Assembly (NCBI RefSeq): GCF_000372725.1
Contig: NW_005202303.1
Coordinates: forward strand, 124,001 to 188,000
Reading direction: 5' to 3'
Source: Emiliania huxleyi CCMP1516
Taxonomy: Eukaryota
DNA length: 64,000 nt
The position numbers and the translations under genes are program-made. Positions 60,087 to 64,000 of this stretch are shown piece after piece (positions within the stretch are counted from its first letter, which is position 1; the number at the start of each line of letters is the position of its first letter). Under the pieces are notes generated by a model that was not told the DNA's origin, did no database searches, and was given only the letters and a program-made list of their open reading frames with translations.

Positions 60087-60840
60087 GTGGCGTCGAGGGC
60101 GGCGGCGGCAGCGGTGGCGGCGGCGGGGAGTCGACGCGTGGCCCCGCGCAAGCGGGAGCTTGCCCCATGCCCGGACTCTCCGCCTTCATGCTCTCCGCTT
60201 GGGCGGCCAAGAGCGGGATGCCCGCTGCTGCACGCAAGTGGTCGCTCGAGCCCGCGGCGAGCCGGTTCACCCTCACGCTCGCGCCGAGCAACCGCTGGTG
60301 CCCGCCCCCCCCCACACACACACATCACACCGCTCACCCACGCGCACTGGGATCTGTACTTCAGCTGCCGTGGGGCTCCTGTCTTTTAGACGTGCAGTCG
60401 CGAGGGCTGCCGGGCCCTTGCGCCACCACCGTTGTGTGCGTGGAGAAGCTTACCTGGCCTTCCCTATCAGCCACGAGAGGAGAGCGTGGCTGAGGGCTGC
60501 ATAGACTCGATCGCAAGATCCTAGGTGCGCGCACGTCGGACGGCAGCACCGCTCGAACGGGACGCTCCTCGTGGCCAGCCTTGCGCGCGGCACTTTCCAG
60601 CAGCGGTGCTTCGACGCCGACTGCCGCGAGCAAGGGTTCCGCGGCTCCGACGAGCTCCCCATCCCACTTGGGGTGCTGCAGGCGGCGAGCACCGCGTTGG
60701 TCACCCCATCAACGGCCACCCCAGAGCTAGATCTGGCTAATGATTGGGACGAGGGGGAGGGGTGGAGCTTGCAGGCGCTCGCGCAGCTCGACGCGGCCGA
60801 GGAAAAGGCGCGCCGCCAGCTGGAGGGTCGTGTCGCGTGA
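58508..60840 (+). CDS. PRIMPOL: DNA primase-polymerase PrimPol
   Basis: HHYEV..EGQPCHLYLDLEF (DxE), DSST..KFSRHL (SxH), FVDLGVYTRNRCFRLYKSSK and a C-terminal UL52-type Zn finger (NRWC...QRCFDADC). Multi-exon. Confidence 0.92.
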
Positions 60841-61019
60841 AGAGGATGTGAGATAGGCGTGGGTGTGTGTTGAGGCGATATGATGGATGGATTAGTTGTT
60901 TGAGGTGGGAAAAATGTCAAAAGAACTACTCAACACCGTTCTCTGGTGTACGGCTTTATGGAAGGGGACGGGAACGTCAAGGTCTAGGTCAACGTAGCCT
61001 ACAACGAGCGATGATATGT

Positions 61020-61144
61020 AGTAGGGCGGAGTAGAAGAAAGCAAAGAGGAGCCCTGCGCACGCACGACTCCGCAGGAGAAGCCTGCCCAGACAAAACACA
61101 AGGGAGAGGTGGGTGGGTCACAGAAAACTGCGGCCGCCAGCGAC
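61020..61144 (-). mobile_element. Fragment of the split-repeat element (A end - spacer - B start)
   Basis: Reverse complement of ~33543-33665. Confidence 0.7.
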
Positions 61145-62315
61145 TGAGCCAGTCTCGTCGGAGATAGCCGCGCCGCTGCGGCTATGTAGGTTATCCTTCA
61201 ACGTGAGGAGAGGTGGACAGCAAGCATAACAACGTGCGATCCATCCAAATCGCCGTAACGCCGAAAGCATGCGTCGCCGTCGGCTCGCAGCTTCGGGCTG
61301 CTTGCTCAACCCCATCGTCCGAGTCGTGCGCAATCTCGCGTGAGGGCCTTTATGAGACAACCTGGGAGTCTCCACTCCGGCAGCCGGCGCGATGGGCCTG
61401 TTTGAGCGCCGACGCCGGGGTCGTGTGGCGATGTGCCTCGGGAGCTCCAGACGCAGCTCTCGGGGCACGCCAACCCAGGAGATTTAAGCTTCTTCGGGCC
61501 AGTTGGGGGGGGCAAACCCTGCCCGGCCCCTAGGACCCCAGGTAAGGCCCAGGTGTGGCCTAGGGCATCAGAAGGGACCAAGAGGAGTCCAGTCTGAGCC
61601 ATAGAGCCCATGTCTTTGCCCCCGAAGGTCGCGTTCAAATGCCCGGAACGGACGTTACAGTGGTGTCCGGCCGGCGCGATCACCGAGCTGTGACGCTCAG
61701 GGAAGCCCGATGAGGTACTGGTTTCTTTGCCCAGGGCTGGCCTACGGCCCGTGCTGGATCAGCTGAGCAAGGTTTGGGGAGAATCTCCCATTCACATCTT
61801 CAGATATTTTGACGGATGACCAAAATCACCCCGTTTTTGCCCATTTTCGGGTAATACCCGCACTTTTGCATGGTTTCGCCCCCGGGACCACACCGACAGC
61901 CGCTACAACTACTGAAAACCCCGCATACCACTTTCGCATACCACTATACCATACCACTCCAAAACTAATCAAAATATCGCCAAATACCAGTCTCATACCG
62001 GTAAAGTTTGAGCACTGGTTGACGCGCTCATTTCTCGCCATCCATATCGCACGGGACCTGGGGGCTGGGCGAGTGTTGGGTTTGGACGACATTGGAGTGG
62101 TAAGAAAAGGAAAAATTATTTGCCTGCCTTAGAATTAAAGCAGAGTTTGCTCGTAAAACGGAAAATTCTTTCTCCCATTGAGCATTTCAGAGTTTGCTAG
62201 CGCCGGCTTCGAACGTTTTCCGGGGTGTGGTACGGTAGTCTCACGGCTTAAGCGTTAAGGGGGTGGGGGGGGTACGGTCTCCGGCTGACCGCCCCTGTCA
62301 CCTCTCCGCGGTGAA

Positions 62316-62537
62316 AAAGAAAGAAAGAAAGAAAACGGACAACCCAAGGGAGGGATGGGAGGACGGCACGCCGCCACCACACAGGGATTTTAAGGAGAGG
62401 GGTGTGGTGCGCTAGCCGTTGCCCACCCTTGGGCGTCCGCCTCTTCCTATCTCTCTTCGCAGTCTCTCGTAGATCTCCGCGGTGAAAGAAAGAAAGAAAG
62501 AAAACAGACAACCCAAGGGAGGGATGGGAGGACGGCA
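62316..62537 (-). mobile_element. Two stacked retroposed 3' fragments with (TTTC)n tails sharing one target site
   Basis: TCTCCGCGGTGAA at 62303-62315, 62474-62486 and 62539-62551 brackets inserts 62316-62473 and 62487-62537. Confidence 0.75.
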
Positions 62538-62597
62538 CTCTCCGCGGTGAATACGTTTCTCAACAGCGATGCTTTCTTTATCGCTTTCACCGGCAGC

Positions 62598-62829
62598 ATG
62601 GGCGTGGAGGAGAACATGCACAAATCGCTCGACGAGCTGATCGAGGAGGACAGGCCCCCTCCGAGAAAGGCGGCCTCGGCGGGCGGGGCGGGCTGGGGCG
62701 GCGGCGGCGGTGTCGTCTGCTACACATGCGGCCAGCCGGGTCACAAGTCAACCGTCTGCCCCAATGGCGGCAGCGGGCGCGGCGGCGGGCGCGGCGGGCG
62801 CGGCGGCGGGCGCGGTGGTGGCGGTGGGC

Positions 62830-62869
<40 letters not shown>

Positions 62870-63671
62870 CGGCAGGGCGGGTGTGGTCTGCCACACGTGC
62901 GGCGGAATGGGTCACACCTCAAACGTCTGCCCCTCCAACATGGGGGCATGGAAAGGTCCTATCGTCTGCCATTACTGCGGCGAGCCGGGGCACACGAGGC
63001 CCAACTGCCCAAACAAGCCCGGCGTCAAGGTGAAGGACGCGCGCGCCGTGCGGACGACGCTCGAGGCGTGCGCCGCCACCCTGCCACTCCGCCCCGCCGC
63101 TGCGCCAAGTCACCCGCGCTTCTCGCCTCCCGCGCAGATGCGGAAGAAGAGGACCACCCGGCAGGAGGCGGAGGACACCATCGTGGTGCGGGCCGCCCCG
63201 CCAGAGGGCGTCGCCGCGCGAGGGGCCGCCTCCATGCCCCCCCCCCTCCCTTTCAGCGGCGCCGCCCGCCCCTTTCAGGCGCTGGACGGCGTGGACGTGA
63301 TGCGTGTCTCGGGCGCGGACCTGAGCCTGGACTCGAACGGCGACGGCTCGGAGATCGTGCTCGCGTGCATGAACGAGGGGCTCGCGCCGTACGGCTTCTC
63401 GATCGCCGTCAACGAGCGGGACGGCTCGTGGCAGGCTCCGAGAGACGCCTCCGCGAACTTCCTCCTCCCAAGACGGGCACTTCCGCGAACCCTCTCCTCC
63501 CCTCGGCCGCAGGTGTCGGACCACAAGGTGACGCTCATCCGCTTCTACGACGGGATGGTCATCAAGGGCGGCGCGCTGCAGGAGCCGCTCTCCCCCGCCG
63601 GCAAGGGCGGCAAGGGCGGCAAGGGAGGAGGCAGGGGCTTTGCGGCCGGCTTCAGGTACGCGCCGTACTGA
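62598..63671 (+). CDS. CCHC zinc-knuckle / RGG RNA-binding protein
   Basis: Three CX2CX4HX4C knuckles, RGG boxes and N-terminal MHKSLDELIEE. Predicted introns 63030-63137, 63186-63278 and 63435-63512. Confidence 0.85.
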
Positions 63672-64000
63672 GAGCGGAAGACGCGCCGGCCGGTCCTGCC
63701 GCCCGATAGCAGGCCGCGACCTGCCGGTTAGGGCGCATGGATTGCGCGCAGCGGCGCACACTCGACACTGCGCGTGTGGCAGCCCTGACCGTGACCCTGT
63801 CAGGCTGTGTGCAAGTGAGTGTGGGGCGTCCCCGCCGCGCGCTCGTCGCCACGGCCCCCGGTTTACCGCGTTGAGTTTAATTAGCATGTTCATCACGTCC
63901 GCTCCAGCGCGCAGGTTTCAAGTGTCAAGATCCCGCACGAAAACTCTCGTAACCTTAGACCTCTGCTTATAAACTGCTGTGGCGTGGGACGACAGCGCGC

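Overview
Very GC-rich eukaryotic genomic DNA with short spliceosomal introns, many GC-AG donors, 10-11 nt intronic tandem repeats and plastid-targeted small proteins. By inference it is a haptophyte alga of the Emiliania/Gephyrocapsa huxleyi type. Recognisable genes: RPS19, an SFR2-like GH1 enzyme, a CRT-like (DMT) transporter with an embedded cystatin domain, a GT61-like glycosyltransferase, an AP2x3-RING protein, an SGT1/GT96-like glycosyltransferase with a ShK-like domain, a SET+PWWP protein, a PH-like-domain AGC kinase, a Rad52-like protein, PrimPol and a CCHC/RGG protein. Intergenic DNA is dense in non-autonomous mobile elements: MITE/foldback elements, tiny TSD-flanked retroposed inserts and a miniature split-direct-repeat (Ngaro/PAT-like) element. 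The most notable observations are the transporter-cystatin fusion, introns whose ends copy the neighbouring exon, the miniature A-B-A-B retroelement and the stacked micro-retroinsertions. All family calls are from motif recognition by eye, not database searches. Exon boundaries are predictions.
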